From contig OZ059898.1 of the NCBI GenBank assembly GCA_964057225.1, forward strand, positions 17,608,001 to 17,672,000: DNA of 64,000 nt, written 5' to 3'. This document shows, piece by piece, positions 15,001 through 30,000 of this stretch. Both the position numbers and the translations under genes were made by a program. Numbering within the stretch: position 1 is the stretch's first letter; each line of letters starts with the position of its first letter. The notes under the pieces are model-generated. The model had not been told where the DNA came from, did not search any database, and worked only from the letters and a program-made list of their open reading frames with translations. The stretch comes from Auanema rhodensis. Its lineage: Eukaryota > Animalia > Nematoda.

Positions 15001-18000
15001 AAAATGTTTTTGGAAGCAATGTTGAGTGTACATGGAAACTCAACATACACTAATGCATCATTTTTCAAACGATCATAACTAATTTTTGTATTAAGCGTAT
15101 CTCAATGTAGTATAGTGCATTTGATGCGGATTTTTAAGCTGCGTCGATCTGTGTTATCAGATTTGCGCTAGCTTAAAAATGCACCGAGATATCAACTGAT
15201 ATAAGTTCACACTTATATCCTCGATTTTCACCCTGAAGAAATAATTTTTTCGTTGAATAACATTGTCCATCGTCTTTGCCTTGAAGAAAGGAATCTAAAA
15301 ACATCTACTTTTTGCTAAATTATTCTGAAATTTTTCGAAAAAATTTTTGTCAAAATGTTTTTGGAAGCAATGTTGAGTGTACATGGAAACTCAACATACA
15401 CTAATGCATCATTTTTCAAACGATCATAACTAATTTTTGTATTAAGCGTATCTCAATGTAGTATAGTGCATTTGATGCGGATTTTTAAGCTGCGTCGATC
15501 TGTGTTATCAGATTTGCGCTAGCTTAAAAATGCACCGAGATATCAACTGATATAAGTTCATACTTATATCCTCGATTTTCACCCTGAAGAATTATTTTTT
15601 TCGTTGAATAACATTGTCCATCGTCTTTGCCTTGAAAAAAGGAATCTAAAAACATCTACTTTTTGCTAAATTATTCTGAAATTTTTCGAAAAAATTTTTG
15701 TCAAAATGTTTTTGGAAGCAATGTTGAGTGTACATGGAAACTCAACATACACTAATGCATCATTTTTCGAACGATCATAACTAATTTTTGTATTAAGCGT
15801 TTCTCAATGTAGTATAGTGCATTCGATGCGGATTTTTAAGCTGCGTCGATCTGTGTTATCAGATTTGCGCTAGCTTAAAAATGCACCGAGATATCAACTG
15901 ATATAAGTTCACACTTATATCCTCGATTTTCACCCTGAAGAATTAATTTTTTCGTTGAATAACATTGTCCATCGTCTTTGCCTTGAAAAAAGAAATCTAA
16001 AAACATCTACTTTTTGCTAAATTATTCTGAAATTTTTCGAAAAAATTTTTGTCAAAATGTTTTTGGAAGCAATGTTGAGTGTACATGGAAACTCAACATA
16101 CACTAATGCATCATTTTTCAAACGATCATAACTAATTTTTGTATTAAGCGTATCTCAATGTAGTATAGTGCATTTGATGCGGATTTTTAAGCTGCGTCGA
16201 TCTGTGTTATCAGATTTGCGCTAGCTTAAAAATGCACCGAGATATCAACTGATATAAGTTCATACTTATATCCTCGATTTTCACCCTGAAGAATTAATTT
16301 TTTCGTTGAATAACATTGTCCATCGTCTTTGCCTTGAAAAAAGGAATCTAAAAACATCTACTTTTTGCTAAATTATTTTGAAATTTTTCGAAAAAATTTT
16401 TGTCAAAATGTTTTTGGAAGCAATGTTGAGTGTACATGGAAACTCAACATACACTAATGCATCATTTTTCAAACGATCATAACTAATTTTTGTATTAAGC
16501 GTATCTCAATGTAGTATAGTGCATTCGATGCGGATTTTTAAGCTGCGTCGATCTGTGTTATCAGATTTGCGCTAGCTTAAAAATGCACCGAGATATCAAC
16601 TGATATAAGTTCACACTTATATCCTCGATTTTCACCCTGAAGAAATAATTTTTTCGTTGAATAACATTGTCCATCGTCTTTGCCTTGAAAAAAGGAATCT
16701 AAAAACATCTACTTTTTGCTAAATTATTTCGAAATTTTTCGAAAAAATTTTTGTCAAAATGTTTTTGGAAGCAATGTTGAGTGTACATGGAAACTCAACA
16801 TACACTAATGCATCATTTTTCAAACGATCATAACTAATTTTTGTATTAAGCGTATCTCAATGTAGTATAGTGCATTTGATGCGGATTTTTAAGCTGCGTC
16901 GATCTGTGTTATCAGATTTGCGCTAGCTTAAAAATGCACCGAGATATCAACTGATATAAGTTCACACTTATATCCTCGATTTTCACCCTGAAGAATTAAT
17001 TTTTTCGTTGAGTAACATTGTCCATCGTCTTTGCCTTGAAAAAAGGAATCTAAAAACATCTACTTTTTGCTAAATTATTTTGAAATTTTTCGAAAAAATT
17101 TTTGTCAAAATGTTTTTGGAAGCAATGTTGAGTGTACATGGAAACTCAACATACACTAATGCATCATTTTTCAAACGATCATAACTAATTTTTGTATTAA
17201 GCGTTTCTCAATGTAGTATAGTGCATTTGATGCGGATTTTTAAGCTGCGTCGTTCTGTGTTGTCAGATTTGCGCTAGCTTAAAAATGCACCGAGATATCA
17301 ACTGATATAAGTTCACACTTATATCCTCGATTTTCACCCTGAAGAAATAATTTTTTCGTTGAATAACATTGTCCATCGTTTTTGCCTTGAAAAAAGGAAT
17401 CTAAAAACATCTACTTTTTGCTAAATTATTTTGAAATTTTTCGAAAAAATTTTTGTCAAAATGTTTTTGGAAGCAATGTTGAGTGTACATGGAAACTCAA
17501 CATACACTAATGCATCATTTTTCAAACGATCATAACTAATTTTTGTATTAAGCGTATCTCAATGTAGTATAGTGCATTCGATGCGGATTTTTAAGCTGCG
17601 TCGATCTGTGTTATCAGATTTGCGCTAGCTTAAAAATGCACCGAGATATCAACTGATATAAGTTCACACTTATATCCTCGATTTTCACCCTGAAGAAATA
17701 ATTTTTTCGTTGAATAACATTGTCCATCGTCTTTGCCTTGAAAAAAGGAATCTAAAAACATCTACTTTTTGCTAAATTATTTCGAAATTTTTCGAAAAAA
17801 TTTTTGTCAAAATGTTTTTGGAAGCAATGTTGAGTGTACATGGAAACTCAACATACACTAATGCATCATTTTTCAAACGATCATAACTAATTTTTGTATT
17901 AAGCGTTTCTCAATGTAGTATAGTGCATTTGATGCGGATTTTTAAGCTGCGTCGATCTGTGTTATCAGATTTGCGCTAGCTTAAAAATGCACCGAGATAT

Positions 18001-21000
18001 CAACTGATATAAGTTCACACTTATATCCTCGATTTTCACCCTGAAGAAATAATTTTTTCGTTGAATAACATTGTCCATCTTCTTTGCCTTGAAAAAAGAA
18101 ATCTAAAAACATCTACTTTTTGCTAAATTATTTTGAAGTTTTTCGAAAAAATTTTTGTCAAAATGTTTTTGGAAGCAATGTTGAGTGTACATGGAAACTC
18201 AACATACACTAATGCATCATTTTTCAAACGATCATAACTAATTTTTGTATTAAGCGTATCTCAATGTAGTATAGTGCATTTGATGCGGATTTTTAAGCTG
18301 CGTCGATCTGTGTTATCAGATTTGCGCTAGCTTAAAAATGCACCGAGATATCAACTGATATAAGTTCACACTTATATCCTCGATTTTCACCCTGAAGAAA
18401 TAATTTTTTCGTTGAATAACATTGTCCATCGTCTTTGCCTTGAAAAAAGGAATCTAAAAACATCTACTTTTTGCTAAATTATTCTGAAATTTTTCGAAAA
18501 AATTTTTGTCAAAATGTTTTTGGAAGCAATGTTGAGTGTACATGGAAACTCAACATACACTAATGCATCATTTTTCAAACGATCATAACTAATTTTTGTA
18601 TTAAGCGTTTCTCAATGTAGTATAGTGCATTTGATGCGGATTTTTAAGCTGCATCGATCTGTGTTGTCAGATTTGCGCTAGCTTAAAAATGCACCGAGAT
18701 ATCAACTGATATAAGTTCACACTTATATCCTCGATTTTCACCCTGAAGAAATAATTTTTTCGTTGAATAACATTGTCCATCGTCTTTGCCTTGAAAAAAG
18801 GAATCTAAAAACATCTACTTTTTGCTAAATTATTTTGAAATTTTTCGAAAAAATTTTTGTCAAAATGTTTTTGGAAGCAATGTTGAGTGTACATGGAAAC
18901 TCAACATACACTAATGCATCATTTTTCAAACGATCATAACTAATTTTTGTATTAAGCGTTTCTCAATGAAGTATAGTGCATTTGATGCGGATTTTTAAGC
19001 TGCATCGATCTGTGTTGTCAGATTTGCGCTAGCTTAAAAATGCACCGAGATATCAACTGATATAAGTTCACACTTATATCCTCGATTTTCACCCTGAAGA
19101 AATAATTTTTTCGTTGAATAACATTGTCCATCGTCTTTGCCTTGAAAAAAGGAATCTAAAAACATCTACTTTTTGCTAAATTATTTTGAAATTTTTCGAA
19201 AAAATTTTTGTCAAAATGTTTTTGGAAGCAATGTTGAGTGTACATGGAAACTCAACATACACTAATGCATCATTTTTCAAACGATCATAACTAATTTTTG
19301 TATTAAGCGTATCTCAATGTAGTATAGTGCATTCGATGCGGATTTTTAAGCTGCGTCGATCTGTGTTATCAGATTTGCGCTAGCTTAAAAATGCACCGAG
19401 ATATCAACTGATATAAGTTCACACTTATATCCTCGATTTTCACCCTGAAGAAATAATTTTTTCGTTGAATAACATTGTCCATCGTCTTTGCCTTGAAAAA
19501 AGGAATCTAAAAACATCTACTTTTTGCTAAATTATTTCGAAATTTTTCGAAAAAATTTTTGTCAAAATGTTTTTGGAAGCAATGTTGAGTGTACATGGAA
19601 ACTCAACATACACTAATGCATCATTTTTCAAACGATCATAACTAATTTTTGTATTAAGCGTTTCTCAATGTAGTATAGTGCATTTGATGCGGATTTTTAA
19701 GCTGCGTCGATCTGTGTTATCAGATTTGCGCTAGCTTAAAAATGCACCGAGATATCAACTGATATAAGTTCACACTTATATCCTCGATTTTCACCCTGAA
19801 GAAATAATTTTTTCGTTGAATAACATTGTCCATCTTCTTTGCCTTGAAAAAAGAAATCTAAAAACATCTACTTTTTGCTAAATTATTTTGAAGTTTTTCG
19901 AAAAAATTTTTGTCAAAATGTTTTTGGAAGCAATGTTGAGTGTACATGGAAACTCAACATACACTAATGCATCATTTTTCAAACGATCATAACTAATTTT
20001 TGTATTAAGCGTATCTCAATGTAGTATAGTGCATTTGATGCGGATTTTTAAGCTGCGTCGATCTGTGTTATCAGATTTGCGCTAGCTTAAAAATGCACCG
20101 AGATATCAACTGATATAAGTTCACACTTATATCCTCGATTTTCACCCTGAAGAAATAATTTTTTCGTTGAATAACATTGTCCATCGTCTTTGCCTTGAAA
20201 AAAGGAATCTAAAAACATCTACTTTTTGCTAAATTATTTTGAAGTTTTTCGAAAAAATTTTTGTCAAAATGTTTTTGGAAGCAATGTTGAGTGTACATGG
20301 AAACTCAACATACACTAATGCATCATTTTTCAAACGATCATAACTAATTTTTGTATTAAGCGTTTCTCAATGTAGTAAAGTGCATTCGATGCGGATTTTT
20401 AAGCTGCGTCGATCTGTGTTATCAGATTTGCGCTAGCTTAAAAATGCACCGAGACATCAACTGATATAAGTTCACACTTATATCCTCGATTTTCACCCTG
20501 AAGAATTAATTTTTTCGTTGAGTAACATTGTCCATCGTCTTTGCCTTGAAAAAAGGAATCTAAAAACATCTACTTTTTGCTAAATTATTCTGAAATTTTT
20601 CGAAAAAATTTTTGTCAAAATGTTTTTGGAAGCAATGTTGAGTGTACATGGAAACTCAACATACACTAATGCATCATTTTTCGAACGATCATAACTAATT
20701 TTTGTATTAAGCGTTTCTCAATGTAGTATAGTGCATTCGATGCGGATTTTTAAGCTGCGTCGATCTGTGTTATCAGATTTGCGCTAGCTTAAAAATGCAC
20801 CGAGATATCAACTGATATAAGTTCACACTTATATCCTCGATTTTCACCCTGAAGAATTAATTTTTTCGTTGAATAACATTGTCCATCGTCTTTGCCTTGA
20901 AAAAAGAAATCTAAAAACATCTACTTTTTGCTAAATTATTCTGAAATTTTTCGAAAAAATTTTTGTCAAAATGTTTTTGGAAGCAATGTTGAGTGTACAT

Positions 21001-24000
21001 GGAAACTCAACATACACTAATGCATCATTTTTCAAACGATCATAACTTATTTTTGTATTAAGCGTATCTCAATGTAGTATAGTGCATTTGATGCGGATTT
21101 TTAAGCTGCGTCGATCTGTGTTATCAGATTTGCGCTAGCTTAAAAATGCACCGAGATATCAACTGATATAAGTTCATACTTATATCCTCGATTTTCACCC
21201 TGAAGAATTAATTTTTTCGTTGAATAACATTGTCCATCGTCTTTGCCTTGAAAAAAGGAATCTAAAAACATCTACTTTTTGCTAAATTATTCTGAAATTT
21301 TTCGAAAAAATTTTTGTCAAAATGTTTTTGGAAGCAATGTTGAGTGTACATGGAAACTCAACATACACTAATGCATCATTTTTCAAACGATCATAACTAA
21401 TTTTTGTATTAAGCGTTTCTTAATGTAGTATAGTGCATTTGATGCGGATTTTTAAGCTGCGTCGATCTGTGTTATCAGATTTGCGCTAGCTTAAAAATGC
21501 ACCGAGATATCAACTGATATAAGTTCACACTTATATCCTCGATTTTCACCCTGAAGAATTAATTTTTTCGTTGAATAACATTGTCCATCGTCTTTGCCTT
21601 GAAAAAAGAAATCTAAAAACATCTACTTTTTGCTAAATTATTCTGAAATTTTTCGAAAAAATTTTTGTCAAAATGTTTTTGGAAGCAATGTTGAGTGTAC
21701 ATGGAAACTCAACATACACTAATGCATCATTTTTCAAACGATCATAACTTATTTTTGTATTAAGCGTATCTCAATGTAGTATAGTGCATTTGATGCGGAT
21801 TTTTAAGCTGCGTCGATCTGTGTTATCAGATTTGCGCTAGCTTAAAAATGCACCGAGATATCAACTGATATAAGTTCATACTTATATCCTCGATTTTCAC
21901 CCTGAAGAATTAATTTTTTCGTTGAATAACATTGTCCATCGTCTTTGCCTTGAAAAAAGGAATCTAAAAACATCTACTTTTTGCTAAATTATTCTGAAAT
22001 TTTTCGAAAAAATTTTTGTCAAAATGTTTTTGGAAGCAATGTTGAGTGTACATAAAAACTCAACATACACTAATGCATCATTTTTCAAACGATCATAACT
22101 AATTTTTGTATTAAGCGTTTCTTAATGTAGTATAGTGCATTTGATGCGGATTTTTAAGCTGCGTCGATCTGTGTTGTCAGATTTGCGCTAGCTTAAAAAT
22201 GCACCGAGATATCAACTGATATAAGTTCACACTTATATCCTCGATTTTCACCCTGAAGAAATAATTTTTTCGTTGAATAACATTGTCCATCGTCTTTGCC
22301 TTGAAAAAAGGAATCTAAAAACATCTACTTTTTGCTAAATTATTTTGAAATTTTTCGAAAAAATTTTTGTCAAAATGTTTTTGGAAGCAATGTTGAGTGT
22401 ACATGGAAACTCAACATACACTAATGCATCATTTTTCAAACGATCATAACTAATTTTTGTATTAAGCGTATCTCAATGTAGTATAGTGCATTCGATGCGG
22501 ATTTTTAAGCTGCGTCGATCTGTGTTATCAGATTTGCGCTAGCTTAAAAATGCACCGAGATATCAACTGATATAAGTTCACACTTATATCCTCGATTTTC
22601 ACCCTGAAGAAATAATTTTTTCGTTGAATAACATTGTCCATCGTCTTTGCCTTGAAAAAAGGAATCTAAAAACATCTACTTTTTGCTAAATTATTTCGAA
22701 ATTTTTCGAAAAAATTTTTGTCAAAATGTTTTTGGAAGCAATGTTGAGTGTACATGGAAACTCAACATACACTAATGCATCATTTTTCAAACGATCATAA
22801 CTAATTTTTGTATTAAGCGTTTCTCAATGTAGTATAGTGCATTTGATGCGGATTTTTAAGCTGCGTCGATCTGTGTTATCAGATTTGCGCTAGCTTAAAA
22901 ATGCACCGAGATATCAACTGATATAAGTTCACACTTATATCCTCGATTTTCACCCTGAAGAAATAATTTTTTCGTTGAATAACATTGTCCATCGTCTTTG
23001 CCTTGAAAAAAGGAATCTAAAAACATCTACTTTTTGCTAAATTATTTTGAAGTTTTTCGAAAAAATTTTTGTCAAAATGTTTTTGGAAGCAATGTTGAGT
23101 GTACATGGAAACTCAACATACACTAATGCATCATTTTTCAAACGATCATAACTAATTTTTGTATTAAGCGTTTCTCAATGTAGTAAAGTGCTTTCGATGC
23201 GGATTTTTAAGCTGCGTCGATCTGTGTTATCAGATTTGCGCTAGCTTAAAAATGCACCGAGACATCAACTGATATAAGTTCACACTTATATCCTCGATTT
23301 TCACCCTGAAGAATTAATTTTTTCGTTGAATAACATTGTCCATCGTCTTTGCCTTGAAAAAAGGAATCTAAAAACATCTACTTTTTGCTAAATTATTCTG
23401 AAATTTTTCGAAAAAATTTTTGTCAAAATGTTTTTGGAAGCAATGTTGAGTGTACATGGAAACTCAACATACACTAATGCATCATTTTTCGAACGATCAT
23501 AACTAATTTTTGTATTAAGCGTTTCTCAATGTAATATAGTGCATTCGATGCGGATTTTTAAGCTGCGTCGATCTGTGTTATCAGATTTGCGCTAGCTTAA
23601 AAATGCACCGAGATATCAACTGATATAAGTTCACACTTATATCCTCGATTTTCACCCTGAAGAATTAATTTTTTCGTTGAATAACATTGTCCATCGTCTT
23701 TGCCTTGAAAAAAGGAATCTAAAAACATCTACTTTTTGCTAAATTATTTCGAAATTTTTCGAAAAAATTTTTGTCAAAATGTTTTTGGAAGCAATGTTGA
23801 GTGTACATGGAAACTCAACATACACTAATGCATCATTTTTCAAACGATCATAACTAATTTTTGTATTAAGCGTTTCTCAATGTAGTATAGTGCATTTGAT
23901 GCGGATTTTTAAGCTGCGTCGATCTGTGTTATCAGATTTGCGCTAGCTTAAAAATGCACCGAGATATCAACTGATATAAGTTCACACTTATATCCTCGAT

Positions 24001-27000
24001 TTTCACCCTGAAGAAATAATTTTTTCGTTGAATAACATTGTCCATCGTCTTTGCCTTGAAAAAAGGAATCTAAAAACATCTACTTTTTGCTAAATTATTT
24101 TGAAGTTTTTCGAAAAAATTTTTGTCAAAATGTTTTTGGAAGCAATGTTGAGTGTACATGGAAACTCAACATACACTAATGCATCATTTTTCAAACGATC
24201 ATAACTAATTTTTGTATTAAGCGTTTCTCAATGTAGTAAAGTGCTTTCGATGCGGATTTTTAAGCTGCGTCGATCTGTGTTATCAGATTTGCGCTAGCTT
24301 AAAAATGCACCGAGACATCAACTGATATAAGTTCACACTTATATCCTCGATTTTCACCCTGAAGAATTAATTTTTTCGTTGAATAACATTGTCCATCGTC
24401 TTTGCCTTGAAAAAAGGAATCTAAAAACATCTACTTTTTGCTAAATTATTCTGAAATTTTTCGAAAAAATTTTTGTCAAAATGTTTTTGGAAGCAATGTT
24501 GAGTGTACATGGAAACTCAACATACACTAATGCATCATTTTTCGAACGATCATAACTAATTTTTGTATTAAGCGTTTCTCAATGTAATATAGTGCATTCG
24601 ATGCGGATTTTTAAGCTGCGTCGATCTGTGTTATCAGATTTGCGCTAGCTTAAAAATGCACCGAGATATCAACTGATATAAGTTCACACTTATATCCTCG
24701 ATTTTCACCCTGAAGAATTAATTTTTTCGTTGAATAACATTGTCCATCGTCTTTGCCTTGAAAAAAGGAATCTAAAAACATCTACTTTTTGCTAAATTAT
24801 TCTGAAATTTTTCGAAAAAATTTTTGTCAAAATGTTTTTGGAAGCAATGTTGAGTGTACATGGAAACTCAACATACACTAATGCATCATTTTTCAAACGA
24901 TCATAACTAATTTTTGTATTAAGCGTATCTCAATGTAGTATAGTGTATTTGATGCGGATTTTTAAGCTGCGTCGATCTGTGTTATCAGATTTGCGCTAGC
25001 TTAAAAATGCACCGAGATATCAACTGATATAAGTTCACCCTTATATCCTCGATTTTCACCCTGAAGAATTAATTTTTTCGTTGAATAACATTGTCCATCG
25101 TCTTTGCCTTGAAAAAAGAAATCTAAAAACATCTACTTTTTGCTAAATTATTCTGAAATTTTTCGAAAAAATTTTTGTCAAAATGTTTTTGGAAGCAATG
25201 TTGAGTGTACATGGAAACTCAACATACACTAATGCATCATTTTTCAAACGATCATAACTAATTTTTGTATTAAGCGTTTCTCAATGTAGTATAGTGCATT
25301 TGATGCGGATTTTTAAGCTGCGTCGATCTGTGTTATCAGATTTGCGCTAGCTTAAAAATGCACCGAGATATCAACTGATATAAGTTCACACTTATATCCT
25401 CGATTTTCACCCTGAAGAAATAATTTTTTCGTTGAATAACATTGTCCATCTTCTTTGCCTTGAAAAAAGGAATCTAAAAACATCTACTTTTCGCTAAATT
25501 ATTTTGAAGTTTTTCGAAAAAATTTTTGTCAAAATGTTTTTGGAAGCAATGTTGAGTGTACATGGAAACTCAACATACACTAATGCATCATTTTTCAAAC
25601 GATCATAACTAATTTTTGTATTAAGCGTATCTCAATGTAGTATAGTGCATTTGATGCGGATTTTTAAGCTGCGTCGATCTGTGTTATCAGATTTGCGCTA
25701 GCTTAAAAATGCACCGAGATATCAACTGATATAAGTTCACACTTATATCCTCGATTTTCACCCTGAAGAAATAATTTTTTCGTTGAATAACATTGTCCAT
25801 CGTCTTTGCCTTGAAAAAAGGAATCTAAAAACATCTACTTTTTGCTAAATTATTTCGAAATTTTTCGAAAAAATTTTTGTCAAAATGTTTTTGGAAGCAA
25901 TGTTGAGTGTACATGGAAACTCAACATACACTAATGCATCATTTTTCAAACGATCATAACTAATTTTTGTATTAAGCGTATCTCAATGTAGTATAGTGCA
26001 TTTGATGCGGATTTTTAAGCTGCGTCGATCTGTGTTATCAGATTTGCGCTAGCTTAAAAATGCACCGAGATATCAACTGATATAAGTTCACACTTATATC
26101 CTCGATTTTCACCCTGAAGAAATAATTTTTTCGTTGAATAACATTGTCCATCGTCTTTGCCTTGAAAAAAGGAATCTAAAAACATCTACTTTTTGCTAAA
26201 TTATTTCGAAATTTTTCGAAAAAATTTTTGTCAAAATGTTTTTGGAAGCAATGTTGAGTGTACATGGAAACTCAACATACACTAATGCATCATTTTTCAA
26301 ACGATCATAACTAATTTTTGTATTAAGCGTATCTCAATGTAGTATAGTGCATTTGATGCGGATTTTTAAGCTGCGTCGATCTGTGTTATCAGATTTGCGC
26401 TAGCTTAAAAATGCACCGAGATATCAACTGATATAAGTTCACACTTATATCCTCGATTTTCACCCTGAAGAATTAATTTTTTCGTTGAATAACATTGTCC
26501 ATCGTCTTTGCCTTGAAAAAAGGAATCTAAAAACATTTACTTTTTGCTAAATTATTCTGAAATTTTTCGAAAAAATTTTTGTCAAAATGTTTTTGGAAGC
26601 AATGTTGAGTGTACATGGAAACTCAACATACACTAATGCATCATTTTTCAAACGATCATAACTAATTTTTGTATTAAGCGTTTCTCAATGTAGTATAGTG
26701 CATTCGATGCGGATTTTTAAGCTGCGTCGATCTGTGTTATCAGATTTGCGCTAGCTTAAAAATGCACCGAGATATCAACTGATATAAGTTCACACTTATA
26801 TCCTCGATTTTCACCCTGAAGAATTAATTTTTTCGTTGAATAACATTGTCCATCGTCTTTGCCTTGAAAAAAGGAATCTAAAAACATTTACTTTTTGCTA
26901 AATTATTTTGAAATTTTTCGAAAAAATTTTTGTCAAAATGTTTTTGGAAGCAATGTTGAGTGTACATGGAAACTCAACATACACTAATGCATCATTTTTC

Positions 27001-30000
27001 AAACGATCATAACTAATTTTTGTATTAAGCGTATCTCAATGTAGTATAGTGCATTCGATGCGGATTTTTAAGCTGCGTCGATCTGTGTTATCAGATTTGC
27101 GCTAGCTTAAAAATGCACCGAGATATCAACTGATATAAGTTCACACTTATATCCTCGATTTTCACCCTGAAGAATTAATTTTTTCGTTGAATAACATTGT
27201 CCATCGTCTTTGCCTTGAAAAAAGAAATCTAAAAACATCTACTTTTTGCTAAATTATTCTGAAATGTTTCGAAAAAATTTTTGTCAAAATGTTTTTGGAA
27301 GCAATGTTGAGTGTACATGGAAACTCAACATACACTAATGCATCATTTTTCAAACGATCATAACTAATTTTTGTATTAAGCGTATCTCAATGTAGTATAG
27401 TGCATTTGATGCGGATTTTTAAGCTGCGTCGATCTGTGTTATCAGATTTGCGCTAGCTTAAAAATGCACCGAGATATCAACTGATATAAGTTCACACTTA
27501 TATCCTCGATTTTCACCCTGAAGAATTAATTTTTTCGTTGAATAACATTGTCCATCGTCTTTGCCTTGAAAAAAGGAATCTAAAAACATTTACTTTTTGC
27601 TAAATTATTCTGAAATTTTTCGAAAAAATTTTTGTCAAAATGTTTTTGGAAGCAATGTTGAGTGTACATGGAAACTCAACATACACTAATGCATCATTTT
27701 TCAAACGATCATAACTAATTTTTGTATTAAGCGTTTCTCAATGTAGTATAGTGCATTCGATGCGGATTTTTAAGCTGCGTCGATCTGTGTTATCAGATTT
27801 GCGCTAGCTTAAAAATGCACCGAGATATCAACTGATATAAGTTCACACTTATATCCTCGATTTTCACCCTGAAGAAATAATTTTTTCGTTGAATAACATT
27901 GTCCATCGTCTTTGCCTTGAAAAAAGGAATCTAAAAACATCTACTTTTTGCTAAATTATTTTGAAGTTTTTCGAAAAAATTTTTGTCAAAATGTTTTTGG
28001 AAGCAATGTTGAGTGTACATGGAAACTCAACATACACTAATGCATCATTTTTCAAACGATCATAACTAATTTTTGTATTAAGCGTATCTCAATGTAGTAT
28101 AGTGCATTCGATGCGGATTTTTAAGCTGCGTCGATCTGTGTTATCAGATTTGCGCTAGCTTAAAAATGCACCGAGATATCAACTGATATAAGTTCACACT
28201 TATATCCTCGATTTTCACCCTGAAGAATTAATTTTTTCGTTGAATAACATTGTCCATCGTCTTTGCCTTGAAAAAAGGAATCTAAAAACATTTACTTTTT
28301 GCTAAATTATTCTGAAATTTTTCGAAAAAATTTTTGTCAAAATGTTTTTGGAAGCAATGTTGAGTGTACATGGAAACTCAACATACACTAATGCATCATT
28401 TTTCAAACGATCATAACTAATTTTTGTATTAAGCGTTTCACAATGTAGTATAGTGCATTCGATGCGGATTTTTAAGCTGCGTCGATCTGTGTTATCAGAT
28501 TTGCGCTAGCTTAAAAATGCACCGAGATATCAACTGATATAAGTTCACACTTATATCCTCGATTTTCACCCTGAAGAAATAATTTTTTCGTTGAATAACA
28601 TTGTCCATCGTCTTTGCCTTGAAAAAAGGAATCTAAAAACATCTACTTTTTGCTAAATTATTTTGAAGTTTTTCGAAAAAATTTTTGTCAAAATGTTTTT
28701 GGAAGCAATGTTGAGTGTACATGGAAACTCAACATACACTAATGCATCATTTTTCAAACGATCATAACTAATTTTTGTATTAAGCGTATCTCAATGTAGT
28801 ATAGTGCATTCGATGCGGATTTTTAAGCTGCGTCGATCTGTGTTGTCAGATTTGCGCTAGCTTAAAAATGCACCGAGATATCAACTGATATAAGTTCACA
28901 CTTATATCCTCGATTTTCACCCTGAAGAATTAATTTTTTCGTTGAATAACATTGTCCATCGTCTTTGCCTTGAAAAAAGAAATCTAAAAACATCTACTTT
29001 TTGCTAAATTATTCTGAAATGTTTCGAAAAAATTTTTGTCAAAATGTTTTTGGAAGCAATGTTGAGTGTACATGGAAACTCAACATACACTAATGCATCA
29101 TTTTTCAAACGATCATAACTAATTTTTGTATTAAGCGTATCTCAATGTAGTATAGTGCATTTGATGCGGATTTTTAAGCTGCGTCGATCTGTGTTATCAG
29201 ATTTGCGCTAGCTTAAAAATGCACCGAGATATCAACTGATATAAGTTCACACTTATATCCTCGATTTTCACCCTGAAGAATTAATTTTTTCGTTGAATAA
29301 CATTGTCCATCGTCTTTGCCTTGAAAAAAGGAATCTAAAAACATCTACTTTTTGCTAAATTATTCTGAAATTTTTCGAAAAAATTTTTGTCAAAATGTTT
29401 TTGGAAGCAATGTTGAGTGTACATGGAAACTCAACATACACTAATGCATCATTTTTCAAACGATCATAACTAATTTTTGTATTAAGCGTATCTCAATGTA
29501 GTATAGTGCATTCGATGCGGATTTTTAAGCTGCGTCGATCTGTGTTGTCAGATTTGCGCTAGCTTAAAAATGCACCGAGATATCAACTGATATAAGTTCA
29601 CACTTATATCCTCGATTTTCACCCTGAAGAATTAATTTTTTCGTTGAATAACATTGTCCATCGTCTTTGCCTTGAAAAAAGAAATCTAAAAACATCTACT
29701 TTTTGCTAAATTATTCTGAAATGTTTCGAAAAAATTTTTGTCAAAATGTTTTTGGAAGCAATGTTGAGTGTACATGGAAACTCAACATACACTAATGCAT
29801 CATTTTTCAAACGATCATAACTAATTTTTGTATTAAGCGTATCTCAATGTAGTATAGTGCATTTGATGCGGATTTTTAAGCTGCGTCGATCTGTGTTATC
29901 AGATTTGCGCTAGCTTAAAAATGCACCGAGATATCAACTGATATAAGTTCACACTTATATCCTCGATTTTCACCCTGAAGAATTAATTTTTTCGTTGAAT

